A stretch of DNA of 60,596 nucleotides, the filler included, from Catajapyx aquilonaris (lineage: Eukaryota): the NCBI GenBank assembly GCA_000934665.2. It is 2 parts of 2 records of this genome, joined end to end, with 100 filler letters (N's around TTAATTAATTAA, not from the genome) between each part and the next. Parts side by side here need not be neighbours in the genome. Positions count along the whole stretch, not along the records: positions 1 to 30,247 come from KZ539192.1; 1 more part is not named here. One strand, written 5' to 3'. Below the pieces are notes generated by a model. The model was not told where the DNA came from, searched no databases, and was given only the letters and a program-made list of their open reading frames with translations. Both the position numbers and the translations under genes were made by a program. Of this stretch, positions 11,201-22,353 are shown piece after piece; the stretch's first letter is position 1, and each line of letters opens with the position of its first letter.

Positions 11201-12853
11201 TTAAGTTTGGCAAGAGTTTCTTTTTAAAAAACCTGTACCAGTATAGGAGAATGATTCCACCTAAACATACCGACAAGCTTAAGTAGCTTAGTAAATTGGC
11301 CATACAGAACAGTGTAGGAAAAATCTAGCTGTAATTTTTGTTTGTCACTACTGTATACTACTTTTTGTGGTGATCATTGCTTTTTTTTCCAGTACTCCTG
11401 AACTGTCTTCTCCTAGTACACCAGGTAACGTTCCAGTTCCTGAAACAGTTCAGGCCATAGTCCAAGACATTCAGTCACTCCATCTGTACAAACCACCTCC
11501 ACCCTACCCATCAACATCAAGTGCAATAATTACACCTGCCCACAAGGCAGTAAGCATGAGCAACAGCACTCCAGATCTTGCCAGGCAACTGTCACAGCCA
11601 ACACAGGTTGGAGGTTCTAGCCCAGATATAGTGTCAGGTCACATGGATACATCTGCAGGTCAGCCCCGGCAGTATGAGGTCATGGAACGTTGTGTGAGAG
11701 ATGGATCTGCTCAGGCTGAGTTCCAGGCCTTGCCCAGGGGTGGAGAAGGGGAGCCAGCAGTAGTTGACCCACGAAGTCGCTTTCGAGACATTCCTGTGCT
11801 CGAATCAAGCCGAGTCAAGCTGCCACCGACAAGGGATAATCCAGATGGTTTTATCAATGCATCATATGTTTGGGCGAAGGTTGGAGAGGGATTGCTTGGA
11901 TATGTAGCTGCTGAGAGTCCATCATCAGCTACAGCAGTGGACTTCTGGCGGGCTGTGTGGGAGTCTGGAGCAAGGATAGTGGCCATGCTGGCACCTTTGG
12001 AGGAAGGTAGTGGAATGACTGCAGGGACCAAGCCTGTCAGATATTGGCCTAAGGAACACAACACAGCCATGCGATTTGGTGCAGTGAGTAAGAGTTCTTG
12101 TCTTGGGAAGCATTCTACCTATGAAAAATTAGTGAAAGAAGGGGCTGTGGCAATGGGAGGTAACAGTATACTATTTTCAATTTAGCTTCCTATTTAATTG
12201 CCTCTGCAAGAGATATTTAAAAGGTTAGCTCATTGATTAAATTAGGTTCTTAATAAGAGCAGTTTGATTTTGTTTTATTATAGGATCTACAGAGAATTAT
12301 TTTGAGACCATCTGTTTCACTGAAACATTCATTCGTACAGTTCCAGGTGTGCTGTGGGATGCGCCAATCTGGTGTGTGCTCTGTGGTGAAGCTGCAGGTG
12401 TACCACTCCAGCCAGGGGGGACGTACTGTATGGCATGTGAATTATCCTCACTGGGGAAGAGGTGGTGGGGAGATGGGGAGTGAAGGGGGAGCCATTCCTC
12501 CATCCACCTCCCACTTCCTCACTTTTCTAGAAGAGCTAGCCTCTCTGCGACGCCTCGTCCAGAAAGAAGAATCAGGTTCAATGCGTCGACACCAGTCAGC
12601 TTCATCTGTATTGTCAGCATCTGCTCAACAATGTCCTCTACTTGTCCACTGTGAATCTGGGTTGGGCAGAACAGGCGTAGTCCTCCTGTGTGATGCATTG
12701 CTGCACTCAGTGGATCACAGTCAACAGCTGGATGTACCAGGGCTACTGGCTAGGATGAGGCGGCAGCGGCCTGGTTTAGTACAGACAGCAGCGCAGTACA
12801 AGTTTGTCTATGAGGCAGTTGCAGACTATCTCAAGTGCTCCAGGCTTATCTAA
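2207..12853 (+). CDS. PTPN14: FERM-domain non-receptor tyrosine phosphatase (PTPN14/PTPN21/Pez family), 3' part. Exons 2207-2569, 5655-6080 (alt. donor 6056), 9415-9494, 11393-12083, 12341-12853
   Basis: FERM-C-like segment (YRWVEIANLLHHKK...SKYVWKLCLLQHSFF), YRPAPDYETA and PPPPYP motifs, YSSQPE, STPEL formed across the 9494/11393 junction, SNSTPDL, PTP motifs INASYV, DFWRAVWE, HCESGLGRTG, LVQTAAQY, and the family C-terminus SRLI*. GT-AG boundaries keep the frame. Confidence 0.9.
2642..3227. mobile_element. Fold-back MITE, Tc1/mariner-like (CAGGGTG termini)
   Basis: TA|CAGGGTGTATCAGAAGTCGG... mirrored by ...CCGACTTCTGATACAACCTT, with long imperfect inverted arms. Internal 40-bp tandem duplication (units start at 3003, 3043, 3083). 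Confidence 0.85.
3521..3749 (+). mobile_element. tRNA-derived SINE, family A
   Basis: A box TGGCATAGTGG, B box GGTTCGAATCC, 14-bp TSD AGTGGTACATCTGC (3507-3520/3750-3763). Near-identical heads at 27767 and 46839. Confidence 0.9.
4403..4800. mobile_element. Partial CAGGGTG-type MITE, same family as 9515-10493
   Basis: TA|CAGGGTGAAGG...AATCGCCAGGTAGACTGATAGTAC matches the reverse complement of ~10215-10493. The right end is degraded. Confidence 0.75.
4875..4957 (-). mobile_element. 3' half of a family A SINE (same tail as the 3521 copy)
   Basis: Reverse complement of ~3666-3749 (AATAGGCCACAGCCGCTTCC...CAATTATAAA), cut off at the adjacent MITE. Confidence 0.8.
4960..5382. mobile_element. pogo/Tigger-like MITE
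   Basis: TIR CCGTATTTACGCGCATATAAGACGCAC / GTGCGTCTTATATGCGCGTAAATACGG, TA on both sides, subterminal TATAAGACGCAC repeats. Confidence 0.88.
6194..6317. repeat. Two abutting perfect palindromes (28-bp arms 6194-6250; 35-bp arms 6247-6317)
   Basis: Each arm is the exact reverse complement of its partner around a single central base (6222 and 6282). Confidence 0.92.
6311..7326. mobile_element. Old AT-rich TIR element hosting the 7027 MITE
   Basis: Imperfect TIRs TAAATCCCAGATCTTTAGGCA / TGCCTAATAATCAGGGATTTA and repeated internal ATAGGC motifs. Confidence 0.5.
7027..7287. mobile_element. MITE with 4-bp TSD (Sola-like)
   Basis: TIR GAAGGGGTCGGTGCAnTACTGCCCTAACCC at both ends, flanked by AAAT on each side. 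Confidence 0.8.
7364..7450. mobile_element. Left end of a hAT-like MITE
   Basis: CAGCGGTTCTCAAACTGTGGGGCG start followed by a G-run, typical of hAT-derived MITEs. No right end identified. Confidence 0.35.
8498..9057. mobile_element. Fold-back MITE, Tc1/mariner-like
   Basis: TA|CAGGGTGGATCCGCTAACTC...GAGTTAGTGGATCCACCTTG|TA with ~150-bp inverted arms. Confidence 0.88.
9515..10493. mobile_element. CAGGGTG-type MITE, Tc1/mariner-like
   Basis: TA|CAGGGTGAAAG..CGCCCAATCGCCAGGTAGACTGATAGTAC mirrored at ...GTACTATCAGTCTACCTGGCGATTGGGCG..TTCACCCTG|TA. Starts 20 nt after the 9494 splice donor. Confidence 0.88.
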
Positions 12854-14681
12854 GTGTGATTGTAATGTACAGCACAATAACAGTCACTGCCAATGGAGTC
12901 TTCTATTAGCACTTATTATTAAAGAAATCATACTATGCTGTAACACTGCCCAAGATGCATATTGTGCATTGCAGCTTTCAAGTCTTCTTGACTCTGGTTG
13001 AGATGGGAAAACAGCAGTTTTATTTCACATTATGGATGACATGTCTTCACTGTTGATAGGGATTCTTATGGCCTACTTTTCTGAGGGAAAGGTGGAGATA
13101 TTTATGTATAATTTTGTATTTTTCATAATTAACTTGTAATCTGTATTCACAGCGGTGCTAAGATGAGGAAATTTCCAGCAGGGCTTAGAAAATTTCAGGA
13201 AAAGGGATAACCATATCAGTTGTTCCCAGGTTAAAGTGCACAACTTTTAATACCCCTGCCTCATATGGAAGAAGTTCCCAAAATGCATGAAACCAAATAC
13301 AACCTAACATGGAAAAGGGTACTGGACATCTCTCCCAGTAATTTTACATTTGAATCTCTGGCTGTAGAAGCCATGCATTGACAGAGGGTGGGCATGGACA
13401 TTATCTCATACCTCTTGTTTACAATTGAATACAGATTCTGAGTTAATTCTGTGCCATAGTTGAAAAGAAACTGTGGATTAGTTACACCACCTTGTGACAG
13501 TACTAAACAACAATAGTTAATCTTCTCTAGGTGTTAAGTTGGACTTAGCACATATCTTGACCTTCTCTGTCAACCCAAGAAAAGAACATGTGTTATAGTT
13601 GTACTGGTTAAGTTTCTCTGTATTAACAAAATGGTGACACCACTGACAATGAGCAGTGTGCATTCCTGTTGTCACTTTGTTGATATAGGACGAAACTTAA
13701 ACATTGGGCAATAATGATTATGCTTTTGAAGAGGTTGTGTGAGATAGATGCCTCCTATTTCTTTATTTCATAATGCCAGCATGTAGAATATTTATAGTTT
13801 TGTTCTATAACATTTTTGCTATTAGTTACTGATTTTAAAAATGTTCCAAACACAGATGTCAACCATTAACTTGCAATGAATAGTGATGTGTTCCTATGTC
13901 TCCAATTCTAAACTAGGCAAGTGTGATTAAATGCTTGCCTAAAGATGCAGTTGCCATTGACAGTTACTGTACAAACTTGTGAAGCATATGAGAGGTGACA
14001 TAGTAGAAGAGAGGGATTATGATGGGTTAAAAGTGGAACAAAAAGTCCTTCATTTTATATTGCTGCAACTTTGTTACTATTTGTGATGGAACATGTAACA
14101 CTTGACATATAGCAAGTAATTATGTGATTCCAAGGGGAAAAAATTAAACCCTACAAATAGCTGAGGACAAGAAATAGAAGGCATCAATTTAACATAATCA
14201 TTGTAATTCTATGCTGTTAAGTGCCTAAAGGCAATGTATAACGAAGCTAACACTCCTAAGCTTGTTCAGTGCTGTTTAACGCAAATAACAACGCAGAGTT
14301 CCCCGTTCTAGAATGTAAAAAAAAAAAAAAAACTATTTTCTATATGACAAGCAGTATTTCTTAAAGTACCGTAAGTGGGCGTGACAGTTTGTGAGGTTTT
14401 TTGTACCAGCAGAAACGGTTTAATGTTTTACCAACAAATGTCTTATTAAGGTTTGTACCCTGATCCTTCCTCTACATATCCATGTGCAGATCATATCGAT
14501 AACTTTATCGGCTACAAAAATATTCACATTTACATTTGTGATAGTGGTCGTTTCCTTGAAATTATATATGAGAAACAGAAAATATAACAAATTAATGAAA
14601 GTTACCCCACAAACTTTTAATATTAGGCAAATTTTCGTCTTTACAATGATATATTATTTTATAAAATTGATCATAATTATA

Positions 14682-15279
14682 CAGGGTGTATCAGAGTCAC
14701 CGGTCAAGCGGGTGCGAGGGGGTGGGGAAAAATCGTAGGTGGCGACAACCCCGGTCGGTTTTATAAAACAATTAGAAATACGGCAGTCATAAATTTATTT
14801 ATTACGGTCTACGGCGTGACGTCACATCCTTTCTGTATTCAAATTGACCCCCACGGACAGGCAAATGCAAGGCAAATGCTTTCTGTTGAACCTGGTTGAA
14901 CGGGTTTTTAGCCTTGAGGGTTGCACTGAAAAAGGCGCTCTCATGCTACACCGGCAGGGTACTGAACACACCACTGTGCAGTAGTACACTATGGTGCACA
15001 GTACCCTGCCGGTGTAGCATGAGAGCGCCTTTTTCAGTGCAACCCGCAAGGCTAAAAACCCGTTCAACCAGGTTCAACAGAAAGCATTTGCCTTGCATTT
15101 GCCAGTCCGCGGGGGTCAATTCGAATACAGACAGGATGTGACGTCACGCCATAGGCCGTAATAAATAAATTGATTACTGCCGTATTTCTAATTGTTTTAT
15201 AAAACCGACCGGTTGTCGCCACCTACGATTTTTCCCCACCCCCTTGCGTGCGCTTGACTCGTGACTCTGATACACCCTG
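14682..15279. mobile_element. Near-perfect fold-back MITE, Tc1/mariner-like
   Basis: TA|CAGGGTGTATCAGAGTCAC...GTGACTCTGATACACCCTG|TA. The whole element is palindromic, producing mirror ORFs 14822-15067(-) and 14896-15141(+). Confidence 0.92.
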
Positions 15280-15589
15280 TATAATGTAATATTACGAAAA
15301 ACATTGTCATTTTTTTGGTCTTTTCATTCAAGTCCTTACTTCATAAAGTTCTAGGCAGCTGATTTCTTTGGATTTTCATTTGGATGTGTATAATTTCAAG
15401 TGATAGGGTACCCTAAAGGACTGGGACACAGGTCAAAACAGTAAATAATATCTGTGGACTGACTTTGTGACAAGTTTATGCTATCACAAAGTCACCTCGC
15501 AAAAGTACGAAATTCATCTAACACCCTCGTAGCTTCTACAAAACCAGTCCAATCTTGCATCATGTTATATTAATTTAAAAAAATTTTAA

Positions 15590-15912
15590 ATAATAATCCG
15601 GGTAGTGCTAGACCGTATCAGGTATGGAGCACGGACCTTTATTATACTTGAAGTACAATGCAATACAATGCTGGAACCTTGAGCGAATCGCCCAGGCCCA
15701 CGGGCAGGATGACAACAGGGGACGTGCAAAGTGCAGTGCAATGTCGTTGCTAATGTCATTTTGTGAACTCCCCCGGGTGGATTAGTCTATGGAAATTCCA
15801 CCCGAGAGGAAGCCAGAGATGACCCAACTCTGCACGAGATGAAGGGGGTGTCCCCGGGCTGGTATCGAACCCGGGACCTTAACATCCGTGGGCGCATACT
15901 TTACCGCAGCGC
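15590..15912 (-). mobile_element. tRNA-derived SINE, family B
   Basis: Reverse complement of the 31483 copy (GCTGCGGTAA..GGGTTCGATACC..GGACACCCCCTTCATCTC..CCTGCCCGTGGGCC), with an (ATT)n tail. Confidence 0.85.
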
Positions 15913-17262
15913 CCTTGCATGATATTACAACATTTCTTAGCCAATGAATTTGTCTTCAAAATATGTTACATGTTTTACTCTCATCACAACTATGAGCTAT
16001 TAGGGAAAGTAATAGGAAGAAGTGCCAACAATACATTCGCAGCCATCTCCTGGCGCTGGTTTCATTAACAAGCTAAAATAATAGTGGCGCGAGATTCGAA
16101 AAACTGATTTGTTCCAAAGTCACCCCCACATACGGTATCTATTGATATGTGCAGAGCTATGATCACTGAAAAGTGCTTAAGTCAGTGCCTTTCTGAATGT
16201 GAAATGGTGATGACCCAAAGGTTGGTGAAGGTAGCATTTTACACTTGTGCTATGGCACTTGTAGTGAAAGAGATAAGTTTTTACTCATATTTAGTATTAT
16301 AAAAGAAGATAAATAATATTGGTGAATGAAGAAATGCCGCAGAATGAAACCTTTTTCACTGACTGACAATATATTATTCATATACCCAGTATGTGCTGTG
16401 GTGAAGGAATAATGAAAATATAACAATTATAAATAAATCCCGTAGCTTTTCATGACAGTGTTGGATATACATGTGCTGATATGTGGCTTGAGTACATTCT
16501 GGTCCATTTCTCATGCTTTTGCTGGTAGCTTTGTTAAGATAATGTCGAACAAAAAAAGTGGCCCATACTAGGGCAGCCTCCTGTCATGAATACTGTATGT
16601 TGGTGATTTGGTGCCATACATTTATTTTATACGGAGAAAATAGGTGCCTTAGTGATTGTGATTTTGATTGCAGCTAAAGTGCATTTATAATCATTATTAT
16701 TTTTTTTCAAATAATGTAAATGAGTGGATTGTTGATCCACACTTGGTGGAGTTTTTTGTGCTTTTAGTTTTTAAGAGCCCATTTTATTATTTGCTGTTGA
16801 TTCCGTAGGTGTTTTTACAGGATGAGAAATTTGGCATGCAATTGCAGTAGTTGTTTGGATGTGTTGAGCTTTATTTTTTGTTAAAGACGCCTTATATTAA
16901 ATTGGTTTGTTCCTTAAGGCTGTGTTATTTTATTACGAGTGAAACTTGAACCTCCTGTACTCTGTAGTGACCTTCCATCAATGACTTCACTTTTCAGGAT
17001 TGCTGATGCCCAAGTACTCTCATGAGTCAAGTTGGTATTCCTGAGCGCGCCTTTTTTAATACTCAGAAGAACCGAACTCGCCCGGCCTCGGCACTTCTTG
17101 TTTCTTCCTTTCCTCCCATTCAGAGTGAGAACAGGACATAGGGCGTACAGTACAGTACGCGACATTTCTGCTTATGCAAATGATGAACCACACTGAAAAT
17201 CCACACGGTTGGCATCCATTGAAGAAATATCGAATATCGTACCACAGCGACTTTTCGTTAGG

Positions 17263-17273
17263 CAAATGGCGGC
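17263..17273 (+). promoter_or_regulatory. YY1-like motif near the NDUFAF7 start
   Basis: CAAATGGCGGC resembles the YY1 consensus AANATGGCGGC, in a CpG-rich stretch ~30 nt upstream of the ATG. Inference only. Confidence 0.3.
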
Positions 17274-17293
17274 GATGACAATAAGTGGGAAAT

Positions 17294-20200
17294 ATGATCT
17301 CGAGGCAAGTATTGTTGTGCTGGCGTGCATTTTCCTTGCAGCCGTGCATGTCCCGAAGCCTGAGCACAGTGGTGGGTAGGTCGCCGGAGACGGCTCTCTT
17401 GCGTCAACTACGTGCGAAGATCCTGGCTACTGGTCCGCTAACCGTGGCAGAGTACATGCGGGAGGCTCTCACGAATCCTGTCGCAGGGTACTACACCACC
17501 AGGGAGGCTGTGCTAGGACAGTCCGGCGATTTCACTACTTCGCCGGAGATTTCTCAGCTGTTTGGAGAGGTAGGTGTTGATCCCATGCGTAACTTGTACT
17601 GCAACTGCACTAGATTCACACTTACAGTCACCTCATGATGGAAGGTACATGTATAGCCTGCAGTAGTGTTGTGTCATGGTTTATTTGTACTTATTGCAGT
17701 TGTTGGGCGTTTGGTGTGTCTACGAGTGGCTAAAATTGGGATCTCCACGCCCAATGCAAGTTGTGGAATTAGGACCTGGCCGTGGAACTCTCACTGCTGA
17801 TATAATGAGGGTATAATACACAGCTGTCCTAAGCAAGAAATCTGAAATTCCACATTAGTACGATGTTTCTAATCGTCAGACGCATGGAGTAGTATACAAC
17901 TTGGTCCTCAAGCCTGTGTGACTTCACAGCTTTCTTGTTGAATATTATTGAGGACATTGAAATTGGTAAAACTTAACCCCTCTATAAGTCCAGTTTACTT
18001 ACTAATTTGTTTATTTCAGGTATTTAAGAAGTTTGACAACTTAGGCTTGTCACATGTGCCATTCCAACTTGTAGAAGTGAGCCCAGTTTTGCAAGAGAAA
18101 CAAAAGGAGCTCCTCTCGTCCAGCCCATTTTTTGTGCGCTGGTATTCTGGACTAGCTGAAGTTCCTCGGGATTACTTTACCATCTTTTTGGCTCATGAAT
18201 TCTTTGATGCTCTTCCTATACACAAATTCCAGGTAATTTTGGCTCATATTCTGTAGTCAGTTTCTCAGTTGGGACTGGGTATGGTCACATAACTGAGTTA
18301 TTACTGCATCAGTGGGGCACCATGTTGGCCACCTCAAACTCTAGAGCATATTGTTTTTAAATAATTATATCTAGGTACATACTTATGGTGCATTTTAAAA
18401 TGCTTCAACAGAGAACTTCTGATGGGTGGCGTGAAGTACTTGTTGACATTGACCAAGGCAATGGTCCCCACCATCTGAGATATGTGCTTTCAAGGTTTGC
18501 AACTCCAGCACAAGTCTTCATAGATGTATGTTCCTGCATGAAAAGCTGTCATGGCCAACACAGTAAAATTTTCCCATTTACAGAGTCATGAGTCTCGCAA
18601 CTGCATTGAAGTGAGTCCAGAAAGTGGAAGAATTGTGCAAGACTTGTCTACAAGAATTGAAGAAGATGGAGGATTTGCCTTAATAGTTGACTATGGCCAC
18701 AATGGAAACAAGTCAGATACATTCAGAGTAACTATGGATTTCACATGGTCATTGACAGCATGTTGTTATATGCCCCCATCCTAACACAAGACATGCAACT
18801 CATCACCTCACTTGACCCCATTATTTTAGCATGGATTGCATGCCCATATGAACTCTCAGTTCAAATGTCTGCAGTGAATTTATTAAATCCAAGCTATTTT
18901 TCAGGGATTCAGGCAGCACAACTTGGAGGACCCACTCTGCGAACCAGGAATGATTGACATGACAGCTGATGTAGATTTTTCATACCTTCGAAAGGTGGCC
19001 TCTGACAAATGTGTCACTTTCGGACCTACAGAACAGCTGCACTTTTTGAGCAAGCTTGGGATTCAGGACCGTCTCAAGGTACAGCAATGAAACATTATTA
19101 TTGTTAATATTAGTAATAATAACAATAGTAGCAGCATAGCATAAGCGTACAAACTATGGTACCGTGGAATGAAACATGTTCAGTTATGGTGTTCATGTGC
19201 AGTAGTTGAGCCAAGATCTGTACCAGCCTGTAGATTTTTGGGGAGATGTTCTTTAACTTTTCGTTCTGGGAAGCCTATATTCTGGTTTCAAAACTCTCCA
19301 GCAGCCCATTCATCGGAGCCTAAATAGTGGTTTTTATTTCCTTCACGAAAATGAGGGATTAACCTGTGTTATCTGCTCCACCACTCTCTTTCCAAATCCT
19401 CTCATAGAGGCACGTTACATACGGAAGTTTTGTATCGCTTTTCAGGGAGCTGCTTCGTGTAGAGCGGTCCATCGCTGTCGTGTAACTTGTGCTAAACCCC
19501 TTCAAAACTCAAAGCGACGTTCGCTACCTCTTTACAATAAACTACCTTGTACGATTGCTTCAAGGGATTAGAAGCTGGTTAAGCCTGCCATGTGTCTCGA
19601 CGACCCTTCAAGAGCGCTCTAAAATAAGTTGCTAGCTGTGTCTTTGAAGCTACTGGGATCACAAAAAAACTACATAACCACTTAATAGGCAACTCTGCTC
19701 CTAATCGCTCCCAACTTCAGAGGGGGTGGGAATTGGAAGGAGGTGGGGGAGATGGGCTAAGGCTCTCCAAGGCCTCTCGTGTAACTCCCTACCGAAAGTG
19801 CTCAGAACTAACGCTGTTTAAGGGGAAGCGATACAAAACTGCAGTGTAACGTGCCTCATAGGTCATAGCCTGTGGGCCACCCTCTGAGCCTGACACCTCT
19901 TCTTGTTCCTAAAGTTAAAAGGCCAAGACCACTTATTGGGCCTAAATTATCCAGATTTGTACCAGATCTACGAGGGTTGGATTTTAATTAGTGGGAACCC
20001 TGTTCCCCTTCCGCAAGGAAACGGGGTTGTGGTTTCTGCGCAAGAAGGGAGATCCCGACAGATGTGGGGCTTGTTCATGTCAAGTTTGGACCCGATTGTG
20101 CTTACTGGTGGCAGTGACATGGTAGTTCAGAAGGGCCGCATCCTCGAGCGACCCCTCGAGCGAGAACCAGTCATGGGATTAGTCAAGGCGTCCAAATGTG

Positions 20201-20827
20201 CACTTTTGAGCAATTCAGGTGCAAAGAAATCCTAGAACCTCAGCCTAGGATCTATTTTGTCGAAAATTCCGGGACAAAAAGGTTAAGATTTTACAGTCCA
20301 AGAGTACTTACTTTTGAAACATTATATTTTGATAACCTCTAAAAGTATCTTTACAAAGAAACTGCTTCAAAATAAACTGCTTAGTGCAAAAAGTTGTCTA
20401 TCATCATGGGCAACTCGTTTGCATCACATTGCGTCTGGCATATCCCGTACACTAATACAGCATGAGCTGCCACACAAATTCTGAACATGCCTCAGAATAA
20501 AAATGGGATCAGGGTTACCCAAGCTACAACGCTGAAATCCTACCAACATGACCAAGTTATCCGGTTTTTTGATGTCCTAAGTATCAAGTGATTATGCATG
20601 GTAATGGTGATGCCTGGTTGATTTCATATTTTCATTACTTGTTTGGTGTTCCTTTCCAGAAGCTGCTTGACAGTTGCCAAGATGAGAAGCAAAAGGAGGA
20701 CCTGCTGACTGGTTGCCATATGCTGCTCGATTCTCAGCAGATGGGCCAAAAATTCAAATTCTTTGCAATGTTCCCAAAAGTTGTCGAAATAATTTTGAAG
20801 CAGAGCCCAGTTGTTGGATTCCAGTAA
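17294..20827 (+). CDS. NDUFAF7: Mitochondrial protein arginine methyltransferase NDUFAF7 (~399 aa). Exons 17294-17569, 17700-17810, 18020-18232, 18412-18525, 18584-18727, 18905-19078, 20660-20827
   Basis: GPLTVAEYMREALTNP..GYY, GDFTTSPEISQLFGE, VELGPGRGTL, AHEFFDALPIHKFQ, WREVLVD, IVDYGH, DMTADVDF, QMGQKFK. Basic N-terminal presequence. All six introns are GT-AG, phase 0. Confidence 0.95.
19407..19857. mobile_element. MITE in NDUFAF7 intron 6 (superfamily uncertain)
   Basis: TIR GAGGCACGTTACA..GTTTTGTATCGCTT / AAGCGATACAAAAC..TGTAACGTGCCTC. TSD reads as ATA (3 bp) or CATAG (5 bp) depending on where the ends are set. Confidence 0.8.
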
Positions 20828-21216
20828 ACAATGAAACATTATCAAATGCACACTATATTTACTGTGGATCATACAATGTGATAAAAATATATTATTATAC
20901 CATCTGGAACAAACAAGAATGTTCACAAACTTACAACTGGAATCTGAATTTTTCTATTTACATCAGGTTTCATGACTGAAGACTTGGAATATCACAATGT
21001 TACTATAAATGTGGAATGTTCAGAAATGCAAACATCAAAAAGCTACCAACTGCACTGAATTAATGTTCAATTAGAGATCAATAAAAAATTTGTCAAGATT
21101 ATGATACTGACTGAAATGTAAGATAAACAGTAGCACCAACATGAGGCTAAAATAAATACACGTCTAATATAGCACTCGGTAAAATACTAGTGTACAAGAT
21201 CATTATCTTTAAAAAA

Positions 21217-21520
21217 GGGGAGGTGGAGTGGTGCTGCGGTAACGTATGCGCCCACGGATCCCAACCCGGGGACACCCCCTTCATCTCGTGCAGAGTTCAG
21301 GGTCAGAGGTGGTATTTCCACAGACTAAACCACCCGGGGGAGTTCACTAAAAATGGCCACAGCGTCAGATGCACTGCACCTTGCACATCCCCTCCTGTCA
21401 TCCTGCCCGTGGGCCCGGGCGCTTCAAACAATTGGCTCAATGTACATTATGGTTCAATAAAGGTTCCGTGTGATATACCCCCACTGGGGGTTAAAGCACT
21501 TACCCAGGATTATTATTATT
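21217..21520 (+). mobile_element. tRNA-derived SINE, family B (B box deleted)
   Basis: Family B body, (ATT)n tail, ~15-bp TSD ATTATCTT(T/A)AAAAAA. Confidence 0.85.
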
Positions 21521-21774
21521 ATTATCTTAAAAAAAAGAAAAACTCAAAATTAATACATAATCATACAACCTAGCCCAAATACAAGGCTGTTAATTTCAAT
21601 CTCATTAATGCACCTAATTTCATCACAAATGCTCCAGATATTTAGTCATCCACAAAATAAAAAGAAAGGACAAGTAATGTAGATGGAAACCAATGATTTT
21701 CATGGAGGAAAATTGTTATAGATTTGCAAGGTATCACCTAATATAAGTGCACAGGTTCTCCAGAACCGATTTAA

Positions 21775-21906
21775 CCCTGTAATGCCCACTGGGTCATATT
21801 TGGCACACACCTTACCTTAGTGCAATTTTTGCCTTTTTTATATTTCCTGTAAGTGCCAAATTGCTCTAAATGGTGTGCCAGATATGACCCAAGGGGCATT
21901 ACAGGG
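21775..21906. mobile_element. piggyBac-like MITE (132 bp)
   Basis: TTAA|CCCTGTAATGCCC...GGGCATTACAGGG|TTAA with further internal inverted similarity. Confidence 0.88.
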
Positions 21907-22353
21907 TTAAAACAGAATGATGGATATGCACACTAATCAGTTAATCAAGTGTCATGCCACAGCAGCTGACAGTTTTGATGATCAACGCACCTTGTTAGGC
22001 ACTGAACACCCTCTGTGAGAAAGTCCCACTTCAGTCTGAATCAGTCAGAACATCTTTGAAGCAGGCCATTCAGTGTAATTCTGACCTTTCTTGCACATGA
22101 TGGTAGTATTTCTTTTGTTACTGTTTGTTTGGCTCAACAAAAAATGCATATCAACTGTCACTGCTCAATTCCTGCAGATTGATTAACATCTCGGGCACAT
22201 ATGTAGCACCCCTAGCCTTTGAACATGTACAAACTAAACTATCATGCAAACAATCAGAAACAGTAGTGGAAAAAGCAAGCACTGAAATGCCACCTCCCAT
22301 AACCTCCCAGTTACAGAAATGCACCCACATGAGATGGAAAGGAAGGGTATGTA

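Noticed and set aside
14822..15141. Pair of near-identical 81-aa ORFs on opposite strands (also the mirror ORFs at 8420-9102, 26963-27397 and 30556-30819)
   Set aside because: Artefacts of palindromic MITE arms.
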